From Candidatus Marinacidobacterium sp. (GTDB taxonomy: Bacteria > Acidobacteriota > Vicinamibacteria > Marinacidobacterales > Marinacidobacteraceae), in NCBI GenBank assembly GCA_965204755.1, contig OZ242011.1, positions 2,944,001-3,008,000 on the forward strand: DNA of 64,000 nucleotides. The letters are read 5' to 3'. Under the pieces are notes generated by a model that saw nothing but the letters and a program-made list of their open reading frames with translations, was not told the origin of the DNA and did no database searches. Positions 56,234-64,000 of this stretch are shown here, one piece after another (the stretch's first letter is position 1; each line of letters opens with the position of its first letter). The translations under genes and the position numbers were made by a program.

Positions 56234-58034
56234 CCTGAAACCGCTTCGCGCCTCGGCGCATGTGGCTGCCGCCGCGCTCGCGGCGGCCGTCTTGGCCGGC
56301 GTATCCGCCGCCGCGCAGACGCCGGAGGATCTTCGGGCCGATGTGCTTGCGCTCACCGGTCCCGGGACCGAAGGCAGGGCGGTCGGGACCGAGGGCGCGG
56401 CGACCGCGCGGCGGTATCTCGTTTCCGAACTCACTGCCGCCGGCGCCCGACCGCTGCCCGGGCACGACGGGCTGGGCATCCCGTTCGCGTTCGTCTCCGG
56501 GGTCGAGCACCGGGGGGCGTCGCTGCGCGCCGGGGGGCACAAACGGTTCGACGGGGACCAGGTGCGGGCGTTCGCGTTCTCCGAGACCGGGGAGGTTCGC
56601 GGCGGGCTCCACTTCGCGGGTTACGGCATCACCCTGCCGGAGAACGCCGGCTTCGACTACGACAGTTACGCCGGGCAGGAAGTGGAGGACAAGGTCGTCG
56701 TCGTCCTCCGCTACGCGCCCGACGCCGACGACGAGGACCTTCGCGCGGTGCTGAACCGGCAGGCGAGTCTCCGGCGGAAGGTCGCGGCGGCGCGGGACAA
56801 CGGCGCGGTGGGGCTGGTGGTCGTCACCGGGCCCCGGTCGCCGGGCGCGGGGGAACTCGCGCCGGACGGCTTCGAGATCGCGTCGCCGGGCGGGCAGGGG
56901 ATCCTCGCGGTCTCCATCACCGGGGAAGCGGCCGAGCGGCTCTTCGCCGGCAGCGGCCTGACGCTCGAAGAAGCGCAGGACGCGCTCGACGACGGCGATC
57001 CGTCCGCGGGAGTCGGGGAGTTGCCCGGCATCGCCACGCTCTCGGTGGACTTGGCGCGGATCCGCTCCACCGGAGTGAATGTGGTCGGCGTCCTTCCGGC
57101 GGCTGACGGCAGTATCGAAGCGCCCTTCGTGGCGGTCGGCGCGCACTACGACCACCTGGGAGACGGCGGTTCGGGTTCGCTGAATCCGCACGCGCCGCCC
57201 GAAGTGCACCCCGGCGCCGACGACAACGCTTCGGGGACGGCGGCGGTGCTCGCGGTCGCCCGCGCGGTCGCCGAGAACCCGTTGTCCCGCCCGTTGCTCG
57301 TCGCCTTGTGGTCGGGCGAGGAATCGGGTCTCCTCGGTTCGACGGCGTTCGTGCGCGAAGAGATCGGCGCCGAAGACCTGTTCGCCTACCTCAACCTCGA
57401 TATGGTCGGACGGATGGAGGACAACCGGCTGCAGGTGCAGGCGATGGGGAGTTCGCCGGTCTGGCCGGGGCTGGTCGAGCGGGTGAATGTGTCCGCCGGT
57501 TTCGACCTGGCTACGAGCGACGATCCCTGGCTCCCGACGGACTCCGCCGCTTTCCACGGCGCCGGCGTTCCGACGCTGAACCTGTTCACCGGGTCGCACG
57601 CCGACTACCACCGTCCTTCCGACACCGCGGAGAAACTGAACTACCCCGACCTGTTGCGCGTGGCGGAATTCGCGGAGACGGTGGCGCGCCGCCTCGCGGG
57701 CGCCGAAGAGCGCCCCGGCTTCGTGGATGTCCCGCGCGCCGAGCGGGAGGCGCCGGCCCGCGCCGCGCTCACCGCCTACACCGGGACGATTCCCGAATAC
57801 GCCGCCGAGGTCGAAGGCCTGCTGCTCGGCGGGGTGATGGCCGACGGCCCGGCGGAGAAAGCCGGCCTCCGGAAGGGCGATGTCATCGTCGAGTTCGGCG
57901 GACGGGCGATCCTCACGATCTACGACTACATGGGCGCCCTCGAAGCGGCGCGCATCGGCGAGCCGATCGAAGTGGTCTTCCTGCGCGGCGGCGAGCGCAT
58001 GACGGCGATCCTCACCCCGACGCCCCGTCCCTGA
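56226..58034 (+). CDS. M28 peptidase with PA and PDZ domains
   Basis: GAHYDHLG, GADDNASG, GEESGLLGS, NLDMVGR, DYHRPSD, PAEKAGL. Confidence 0.92.
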   Translation: MPDLKPLRASAHVAAAALAAAVLAGVSAAAQTPEDLRADVLALTGPGTEGRAVGTEGAATARRYLVSELTAAGARPLPGHDGLGIPFAFVSGVEHRGASLRAGGHKRFDGDQVRAFAFSETGEVRGGLHFAGYGITLPENAGFDYDSYAGQEVEDKVVVVLRYAPDADDEDLRAVLNRQASLRRKVAAARDNGAVGLVVVTGPRSPGAGELAPDGFEIASPGGQGILAVSITGEAAERLFAGSGLTLEEAQDALDDGDPSAGVGELPGIATLSVDLARIRSTGVNVVGVLPAADGSIEAPFVAVGAHYDHLGDGGSGSLNPHAPPEVHPGADDNASGTAAVLAVARAVAENPLSRPLLVALWSGEESGLLGSTAFVREEIGAEDLFAYLNLDMVGRMEDNRLQVQAMGSSPVWPGLVERVNVSAGFDLATSDDPWLPTDSAAFHGAGVPTLNLFTGSHADYHRPSDTAEKLNYPDLLRVAEFAETVARRLAGAEERPGFVDVPRAEREAPARAALTAYTGTIPEYAAEVEGLLLGGVMADGPAEKAGLRKGDVIVEFGGRAILTIYDYMGALEAARIGEPIEVVFLRGGERMTAILTPTPRP

Positions 58035-58069
58035 CCCGGTCGTTGTCGGACGAAGGAGCGCCGCTCCCG

Positions 58070-59869
58070 GTGGAGCGGGTGCGCAACTTCTGCATCATCG
58101 CCCATGTGGATCACGGGAAGTCCACGCTCGCCGACCGGCTGATCCAGCGCTGCGGCGGGGTTTCGGACCGCGAGTTCCGGAACCAGTTGCTCGACTCCAT
58201 GGAACTCGAGCGGGAACGCGGCATCACCATCAAGTCGAACAGCGTCTCGCTGCTCCACGAACATCGCGACGGCCAGACCTACCAGTTGAACCTGATCGAC
58301 ACGCCGGGCCATGTGGACTTCTCGCACGAGGTGCGGCGGTCGCTCATGTCCTGCGAGGGCGCGCTCCTCCTGGTGGACGCGGCGCAGGGCGTGGAGGCGC
58401 AGACCGTCGCCAACTACTTCGTGGCCATGGAGTACGACCTCGCCGTCGTTCCGGTCATCAACAAGATCGACCTTCCCGCCGCCGACCCGGAGCGCGCGCG
58501 GGAGGAGATCGACGACGAACTCGGTCTCGACCCGTTCGAAGCGGTGCTGGCTTCCGCCAAGCGCGGCGACGGCATCGGCGAAGTGCTCGACGCGATCGTG
58601 GAGAAGATCCCGGCCCCCGGCGGTGACTCGAACGCCCCGCTCCGGGCGCTGGTGTTCGACGCCCAATACGATGTCTATCGGGGAGTGGTGCTCCTGATCC
58701 GAGTCGTGGACGGGGCGATCCGCCCCGGCGACCGCGTGCGGCTGATGCACGGCGAGCGCGATTACCAGGTGGAGGAGGTGGGGCGGCTTCGACTCCGCCG
58801 GGAGTCCGTCGAGGAGTTGCCGGCGGGCGCGGTCGGTTACGCCATCTGCGGGATCCGCGCCATCCGGGACATCGCCATCGGCGACACGCTCGCCGGGGTC
58901 GAGCCCGCCGCGGAGGAAGCGCTCCCCGGATACACGGAAGCGTTGCCGGTGGTGTTCTCGTCGGTGTACCCGATTTCGACCGACGACTACGGCGAACTCG
59001 AGGCGGCGCTCGACCGGCTCTCGCTGAACGACGCCGCCCTCACTTTCGAGCGCGAGACCTCCACCGCGCTCGGTTTCGGTTTCCGTTGCGGTTTCCTCGG
59101 CCTCCTGCATCTCGATGTCGTCCAGGAGCGGCTGCAGCGCGAGTACGGGCTCTCGCTGCTTCTGTCCGCGCCGAGCGTCCGCTACCGGATCGAGACGAGC
59201 GACGGGCGGACGCGCGAAGTCGAGAACCCGGCGCTCTATCCGGATCCGACGATCATCGAGGGAACCGAGGAGCCCTACATCCGCGCTTCGATCCTCGCGC
59301 CGGAGCGTTCGGTGGGAGTGGTGATGGAACTGCTCACCGAACGGCGGATGGCGACCAGCAAGATGAACTTCCTGTCGGCCCGCCGGGTGGAAGTGGTCGC
59401 CGAACTCCCGCTCGCCGAAGTGCTCTTCGACTTCCACGACCGGTTGAAGACGGTCACCCGGGGTTACGGCAGTTACGACTACGACCTGCTCGACTACCGG
59501 CCGGTGGACCTGGTGAAAGTGGACATCCTGGTGAACGGGGAGCGGGTGGACGCGCTCAGCCAGTTGGTGGAGCGGGAGAGCGCGCGCCCCCGCGCGCTCC
59601 ACTACTGCGAGCGGCTGGCCGAGACGATCCCGATGCACAACTTCAAGATCGCCGTCCAGGGCGCCATCGGCGGCAAGATCATCGCCCGCACCAACATCCG
59701 CGCGCTTCGCAAGGATGTGACCGCGAAGTGCTACGGCGGCGACATCACCCGGAAGCGGAAACTGCTCGAACGCCAGAAGGAAGGCAAGAAACGCATGAAA
59801 CAGGTCGGGCAGGTGCAGATTCCGCAGTCGGCCTTCGTGGCCGTCCTGAAGTCGAGTCCGACCGCGTGA
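58070..59869 (+). CDS. lepA: Translation elongation factor 4
   Basis: RNFCIIAHVDHGKSTLADR, DTPGHVDF, GFRCGFLGLLH, KDVTAKCYGGDITRKRKLL. Confidence 0.97.
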   Translation: MERVRNFCIIAHVDHGKSTLADRLIQRCGGVSDREFRNQLLDSMELERERGITIKSNSVSLLHEHRDGQTYQLNLIDTPGHVDFSHEVRRSLMSCEGALLLVDAAQGVEAQTVANYFVAMEYDLAVVPVINKIDLPAADPERAREEIDDELGLDPFEAVLASAKRGDGIGEVLDAIVEKIPAPGGDSNAPLRALVFDAQYDVYRGVVLLIRVVDGAIRPGDRVRLMHGERDYQVEEVGRLRLRRESVEELPAGAVGYAICGIRAIRDIAIGDTLAGVEPAAEEALPGYTEALPVVFSSVYPISTDDYGELEAALDRLSLNDAALTFERETSTALGFGFRCGFLGLLHLDVVQERLQREYGLSLLLSAPSVRYRIETSDGRTREVENPALYPDPTIIEGTEEPYIRASILAPERSVGVVMELLTERRMATSKMNFLSARRVEVVAELPLAEVLFDFHDRLKTVTRGYGSYDYDLLDYRPVDLVKVDILVNGERVDALSQLVERESARPRALHYCERLAETIPMHNFKIAVQGAIGGKIIARTNIRALRKDVTAKCYGGDITRKRKLLERQKEGKKRMKQVGQVQIPQSAFVAVLKSSPTA

Positions 59870-59966
59870 CGATTCGGGGAGGAATCGCCGTGCCGCCCCC
59901 TCTTCGACCGGGAGGCATGAAGTCCGGGTCCGGTCGGCCCGGGGCGCCGGGATCGAGACGGGTTCG

Positions 59967-61445
59967 GTGAAGGCGCGGGCGGCGCTCGCCGGCGCCGGCG
60001 GCTGCGGGCCCGCGCCGGCTGCGGCCCCCGCGGAAGCCGCGCCGCCCGCGCCGGGTCTCTATGTCCATGTGCCGTTCTGCCGCCGCGTCTGTCCCTACTG
60101 CGACTTCGCGGTGGCTCCGCTCGGCGGACACGCCGCCTCCCGCCGTTTCGCCGACTACCGGGAGGCGCTCCTTCGGGAACTGCAACTGCGCGCGGAGACC
60201 GCCGCGGGCGCGGCGGCGGGCTGCGTCGGTGAGCCGGCCGACACCGTGTACTTCGGAGGCGGCACCCCTTCGCTCGCGCCTCCCGGATTCTTCGCCGAGG
60301 TCCTGGAAACCGCCGCAGACCTCGGGCTGACCACGCCTGCGCCCTGGGTCGTCCTCGAAGCGAACCCCGAGGATCTCGCGCCGGACGAGTCGCCGACTCG
60401 GCCGAGCGACCCCGGTCGAGGCTCGGGCGCGGCGGCCCCCGGAGAAGACCGCGCCCGGCAGTGGGCGGCGGAGGGCGTGGCCGGAGTGAGCCTCGGCGCC
60501 CAGGCCCTCCGCCCCGACCGGCTGCGGTTCCTCGGCCGCGCGCACGCCGGGGACGCCGTCGGCGCGGCCGCCGCCCGGCTCGCCGCCGCCGGCATCCCCT
60601 GGATTTCGCTGGACCTGATCTACGGGGTCCGCGGCGACGACGCGGACGGGATCGCCGCGGAATTCGCCGACGCCGCCGCCCTCCCCGGAGTCACCCACCT
60701 CTCCGCCTACGAACTCACCGTGGAGCCGGGGACGCCCTTCGGACGCCGCGCCGCCGCCGGGGAGTCCCTCACCGGCGGGAGCGACCTCGGCGCCCGGCTG
60801 TTCCGGGCGGTCCACCGGACGCTCGCCGACGCGGGCTTCCCCGCTTACGAAGCCTCGAACTTCGCGCGTTCGCCGAGCGACCGATCCCGGCACAACCGCA
60901 AGTACTGGCTCGGAGCGGCTTACCTCGGAGTCGGGCCGTCGGCGCATTCCTTCCACCCGGCCGTCGCCGGCGGGAACGCTCGCCCCGGCCCGGCGCGGCG
61001 TTCCTGGAACCACCGCGACCTCGCGGACTGGCGCCGCGCCGTCGGCGCGGGACGCCTCCCCGTAGCGGGCTCCGAGGATCTCCCGCCGGGCGCGCTCGCC
61101 CTCGAGGAGGTCTTCCTCCGCCTGCGCATGACCGACGGGCTCGATCTCGCCGGGTTCGCCGACCGCTGCGGCCCGGCCGTCGTGGAAGCGAACCGGGCCC
61201 GCTTCGCGGGTTGGCGCGACCGGGGCCTGGTCCGCTTCGACCGGACGCCCGCCGGCGTCTTCCTCCGTCCGACCCTCGACGGACTCGCGGTGGCGGACTC
61301 GCTGGCGGCGGAGGTGGATCTCTCCCCGCTCGAATCCCCGGTCGAATCCCCGCTCGACCGGCCCGGCCGAAGCGGACTCGACGCCTCCCGGCGGCGCTCG
61401 TCGCCCGCGCTTCCGCCGCCGACCCCGGCCGTGACCGCCGCGTGA
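59967..61445 (+). CDS. hemW: Radical SAM heme chaperone (HemW/HemN-like)
   Basis: LYVHVPFCRRVCPYCDF, YFGGGTPS, YEASNF, HNRKYW; follows lepA. Confidence 0.85.
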   Translation: MKARAALAGAGGCGPAPAAAPAEAAPPAPGLYVHVPFCRRVCPYCDFAVAPLGGHAASRRFADYREALLRELQLRAETAAGAAAGCVGEPADTVYFGGGTPSLAPPGFFAEVLETAADLGLTTPAPWVVLEANPEDLAPDESPTRPSDPGRGSGAAAPGEDRARQWAAEGVAGVSLGAQALRPDRLRFLGRAHAGDAVGAAAARLAAAGIPWISLDLIYGVRGDDADGIAAEFADAAALPGVTHLSAYELTVEPGTPFGRRAAAGESLTGGSDLGARLFRAVHRTLADAGFPAYEASNFARSPSDRSRHNRKYWLGAAYLGVGPSAHSFHPAVAGGNARPGPARRSWNHRDLADWRRAVGAGRLPVAGSEDLPPGALALEEVFLRLRMTDGLDLAGFADRCGPAVVEANRARFAGWRDRGLVRFDRTPAGVFLRPTLDGLAVADSLAAEVDLSPLESPVESPLDRPGRSGLDASRRRSSPALPPPTPAVTAA

Positions 61446-62755
61446 ACCCCCCGGACGGGCAGCCGCTGACCGGCGGCCGCATCTTCCGGGTCTGGGTTCC
61501 GATGGCGGTGACCTGGATCATGATGTCGGTCGAGGGTCTCCTGGTCGCCGCGGTGGTGGCCCGTTTGGCCGAGCCCACGGTGAACCTCGCCGCCTACGGC
61601 GTGGCGTTCGGCTTCGCGCTCATCATCGAGGCGCCGATCATCATGATCCTGAGCGCCTCGACGGCGCTCTGCCGCGACCGCGAGGCTTTCTACGCGTTAC
61701 GCCGGTTCGCCCGCCGGCTGAACCTGGGGCTCACCCTGACGGTGGTCGCCTGGGTCGTCTCGCCGCTCTATCCGTATGTCGCCGAGAACTGGATGCGGCT
61801 GAGTCCGGAGGTTTGCCACCTGAGCCGGATCTCGCTGCTGGTGCTCCTGCCCTGGCCGGCGGCCATCGGCTACCGCCGGTTCTACCAGGGGGTCATGATC
61901 CGCCACGGGCATACCCGGCGGGTGGCGTACGGCACCGCGCTGCGGCTGGTCGGGATGGCGGCGACCGCCTGGCTGCTCTGGGACAGCCCGCTCCCCGGCG
62001 CGGTGGTGGGCGCGGCGGCGCTCTCGGTGGCGGTGGTGCTCGAAGCGGCGGCCACCCGGCTGATGGCCGCGGACTGCGTCCGGGGCGTCCTCCGGCAGGC
62101 GCGCGCCGGCGAGCCGCTCACCCAGCGCGGAATCTTCCGCTTCTACTGGCCGCTGCTGGTGAGTTCGGTGATCGCCCTCGCCATCCACCCCCTGGTGAAC
62201 CTCTTCCTCGGCCATTCCCGGCTCCCGCTGGAGTCGCTGGCCACCTACCCGGTCGTCACCGCGCTCTCCTTCGTCTTCCGCAGCATGGGCCTCTCCTACC
62301 AGGAAGTGGCCATCGCCTTCATGGACGGGAGCCGCCAGCGCTTCCACGCGCTGTTCCGTTTCGCCATCTGGGTCGGCCTCGGCGCCGCCGCCGCCCAGGG
62401 CCTCATCGCGCTCACCCCGCTCGCGGCGCGCTGGTTCGGGACCGTCGGCGCGTTGACGCCCGACCTCGTGGACCTCTCCGTCCCCGCGCTCCAAATCCTG
62501 GTGGCGATGCCGGTGCTCTCGGTGCTGCTCGCGTTCTGCCGCGCGCTCCTGGTCTGGTGCGCGGAGACCCGCGCCATCACCTGGGCCGGAGGCATCGAGA
62601 TGCTGGCCGCGATCGGCGTCCTGTGGCTGCTCATCGGGCCGGTGGACCTGGTGGGCGTCTTCGCCGCGTGTTGGGCGATCCTCGTCGCCCGCGTGGTGGA
62701 CCTCGGCGCCCTCTACTACTGGTGCGCCCCCGTCGTCCGCCGCCTCCGGAGATGA
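61442..62755 (+). CDS. MATE-like multi-pass membrane protein
   Basis: About 12 hydrophobic segments in two related halves; GTGA coupling to hemW. Confidence 0.7.
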   Translation: MNPPDGQPLTGGRIFRVWVPMAVTWIMMSVEGLLVAAVVARLAEPTVNLAAYGVAFGFALIIEAPIIMILSASTALCRDREAFYALRRFARRLNLGLTLTVVAWVVSPLYPYVAENWMRLSPEVCHLSRISLLVLLPWPAAIGYRRFYQGVMIRHGHTRRVAYGTALRLVGMAATAWLLWDSPLPGAVVGAAALSVAVVLEAAATRLMAADCVRGVLRQARAGEPLTQRGIFRFYWPLLVSSVIALAIHPLVNLFLGHSRLPLESLATYPVVTALSFVFRSMGLSYQEVAIAFMDGSRQRFHALFRFAIWVGLGAAAAQGLIALTPLAARWFGTVGALTPDLVDLSVPALQILVAMPVLSVLLAFCRALLVWCAETRAITWAGGIEMLAAIGVLWLLIGPVDLVGVFAACWAILVARVVDLGALYYWCAPVVRRLRR

Positions 62756-63005
62756 AGCGCCGCGGCTATCCGTCCGCCGGGTCCGGTCGGTCCCGGATCG
62801 GGGGGCGCTCGAAGCCGGTCAGCGGTCGCCGCGGTCGCCTATACTCGCGGCCGTCGTGGGTTTCACCCCCTTTCGACGGGACGCCGGATCGAGGGCCGGG
62901 CGGTCGTGTCGGCGGCCGACCGGCGAAGTCGCGCCGGCCTCCCCCGAGGAACCCGGTCGAGTGAGCGCGGGCGTTACGGCTTCCGCCCCAAGAGGCTGAG
63001 GGACG

Positions 63006-64000
63006 ATGGCGAACGCGATCTCCGCGCGGGAGAAGTTCCAGGCGCTGTTGCGCGAACTGTTCCAGTTCGACTGCGCCGACCTCGACTTCGGCATCTACCG
63101 CATCATGAACCACAAGCGGGCGGTCATCGAGGAGTTCATCGAAAACGATCTGCTGGCCCTCGTAACCGAGGAAATCGCGTCGGGGGCGCTCGCCGGCCAG
63201 TCGGAAGCCGCAGGGGAACTGGCGACGGCCCGCCGCCGGGTTCGCGAAGCATTCGGTCCGAATGCGATCACCGGTGACGGCGAGATCGAGAGCCGCTTTC
63301 GCGAGACGCCTCTCGGGAAGAAGTATGCGGCCTTGCAGGGGCGGTCCGGCGGGGCGGCCGATCCGGAAGAGATCGAAGCCGACCTCTTCAATCGTCTCTA
63401 CGAGTTCTTTCGACGGTACTACCGCGATGGTGACTTCGTTCCCCAAGGCCGAGGGGCCGGCCGGGCGCCGTTCTCCATCCCCTACGACGGGGCCGAAGTG
63501 CATTTCCACTGGGCGAACCGCGGCCAGTACTATGTGAAGAGCGCCGACCGCTTCCGCCACTACGCCTTCACCGTGGCCGGCGTCTCTGTCCGTTTCGATC
63601 TACGGTCGGCGGAACTGGAACACAACGATGTCAAGGTGGAGGGCCGGTTCTTCGTACCTCTGGTCGGAGAAGCCGAACTCACCGAGGACTCCGGTCGCCC
63701 ATCCCTGAGACTTCCGTTCGAGTACCGGTCGTTCGAAGCGGAGAAGACGCCGGGACTCGGCCCGATGCGCCAGGACGCCCTGCTCGAGCGCGCCGCGAGC
63801 GATCTGCTTGAAAAACTGAAAGGAGAATCCGCTCTGGCCGCGGCGCTGAGCGCCGCGCATCCGACGCGCGCGGCAGACCGGTCGTTGAGTGTTCTGGAAC
63901 ACCATCTCCGCCGATACGCTCGCCGCAACACCTCCGACTTCTTCATCCACCGGAACCTGCGAGCCTTCCTCGAGCGCGAGTTCGATTTCTACCTGAAGAA
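63006..64000 (+). CDS. Type III RM Mod-like DNA methyltransferase, N-terminal part (runs off the window)
   Basis: Open from ATG 63006: LRELFQFDCADLDFGIYRIMN, YDGAEVHFHWANRGQYYVKS, RNTSDFFIH..L..FLERE.DFYLK; catalytic motifs are not inside the window. Confidence 0.8.
   Translation, partial: MANAISAREKFQALLRELFQFDCADLDFGIYRIMNHKRAVIEEFIENDLLALVTEEIASGALAGQSEAAGELATARRRVREAFGPNAITGDGEIESRFRETPLGKKYAALQGRSGGAADPEEIEADLFNRLYEFFRRYYRDGDFVPQGRGAGRAPFSIPYDGAEVHFHWANRGQYYVKSADRFRHYAFTVAGVSVRFDLRSAELEHNDVKVEGRFFVPLVGEAELTEDSGRPSLRLPFEYRSFEAEKTPGLGPMRQDALLERAASDLLEKLKGESALAAALSAAHPTRAADRSLSVLEHHLRRYARRNTSDFFIHRNLRAFLEREFDFYLK

Overview
GC-rich bacterial chromosomal window. The gene content (ADOP permease, DUF1552/DUF1592 and DUF1501/DUF1549 clusters, ankyrin proteins, expanded Uma2 family) suggests an Acidobacteriota-like organism; this is an inference. 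Core genes include metG, lepA, hemW, an Fe3+ ABC transporter, cofE, npdG, an HtrA-like protease and three tandem amidohydrolases. Lower-GC defence-type genes are interspersed: a HEPN-like ORF, an orphan ABC ATPase, a 7.4-kb island (DUF4268, type IIG-like RM, MNT, AAA_21 plus DUF4276), a GmrSD-like gene and a truncated type III Mod. The most unusual structure is a non-coding bipartite array of ten exact CTATACACAATTC direct repeats (about 20-bp period) at 26772-27137, nested in a cluster of four Uma2 nuclease domains. Half of these repeats carry AGCT, a tetramer the core genes appear to avoid along with ACGT, in a pattern resembling 5mC-deamination erosion. No rRNA, tRNA, CRISPR array or transposase was recognised. 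All family calls are from motif recognition by eye; no database was run.
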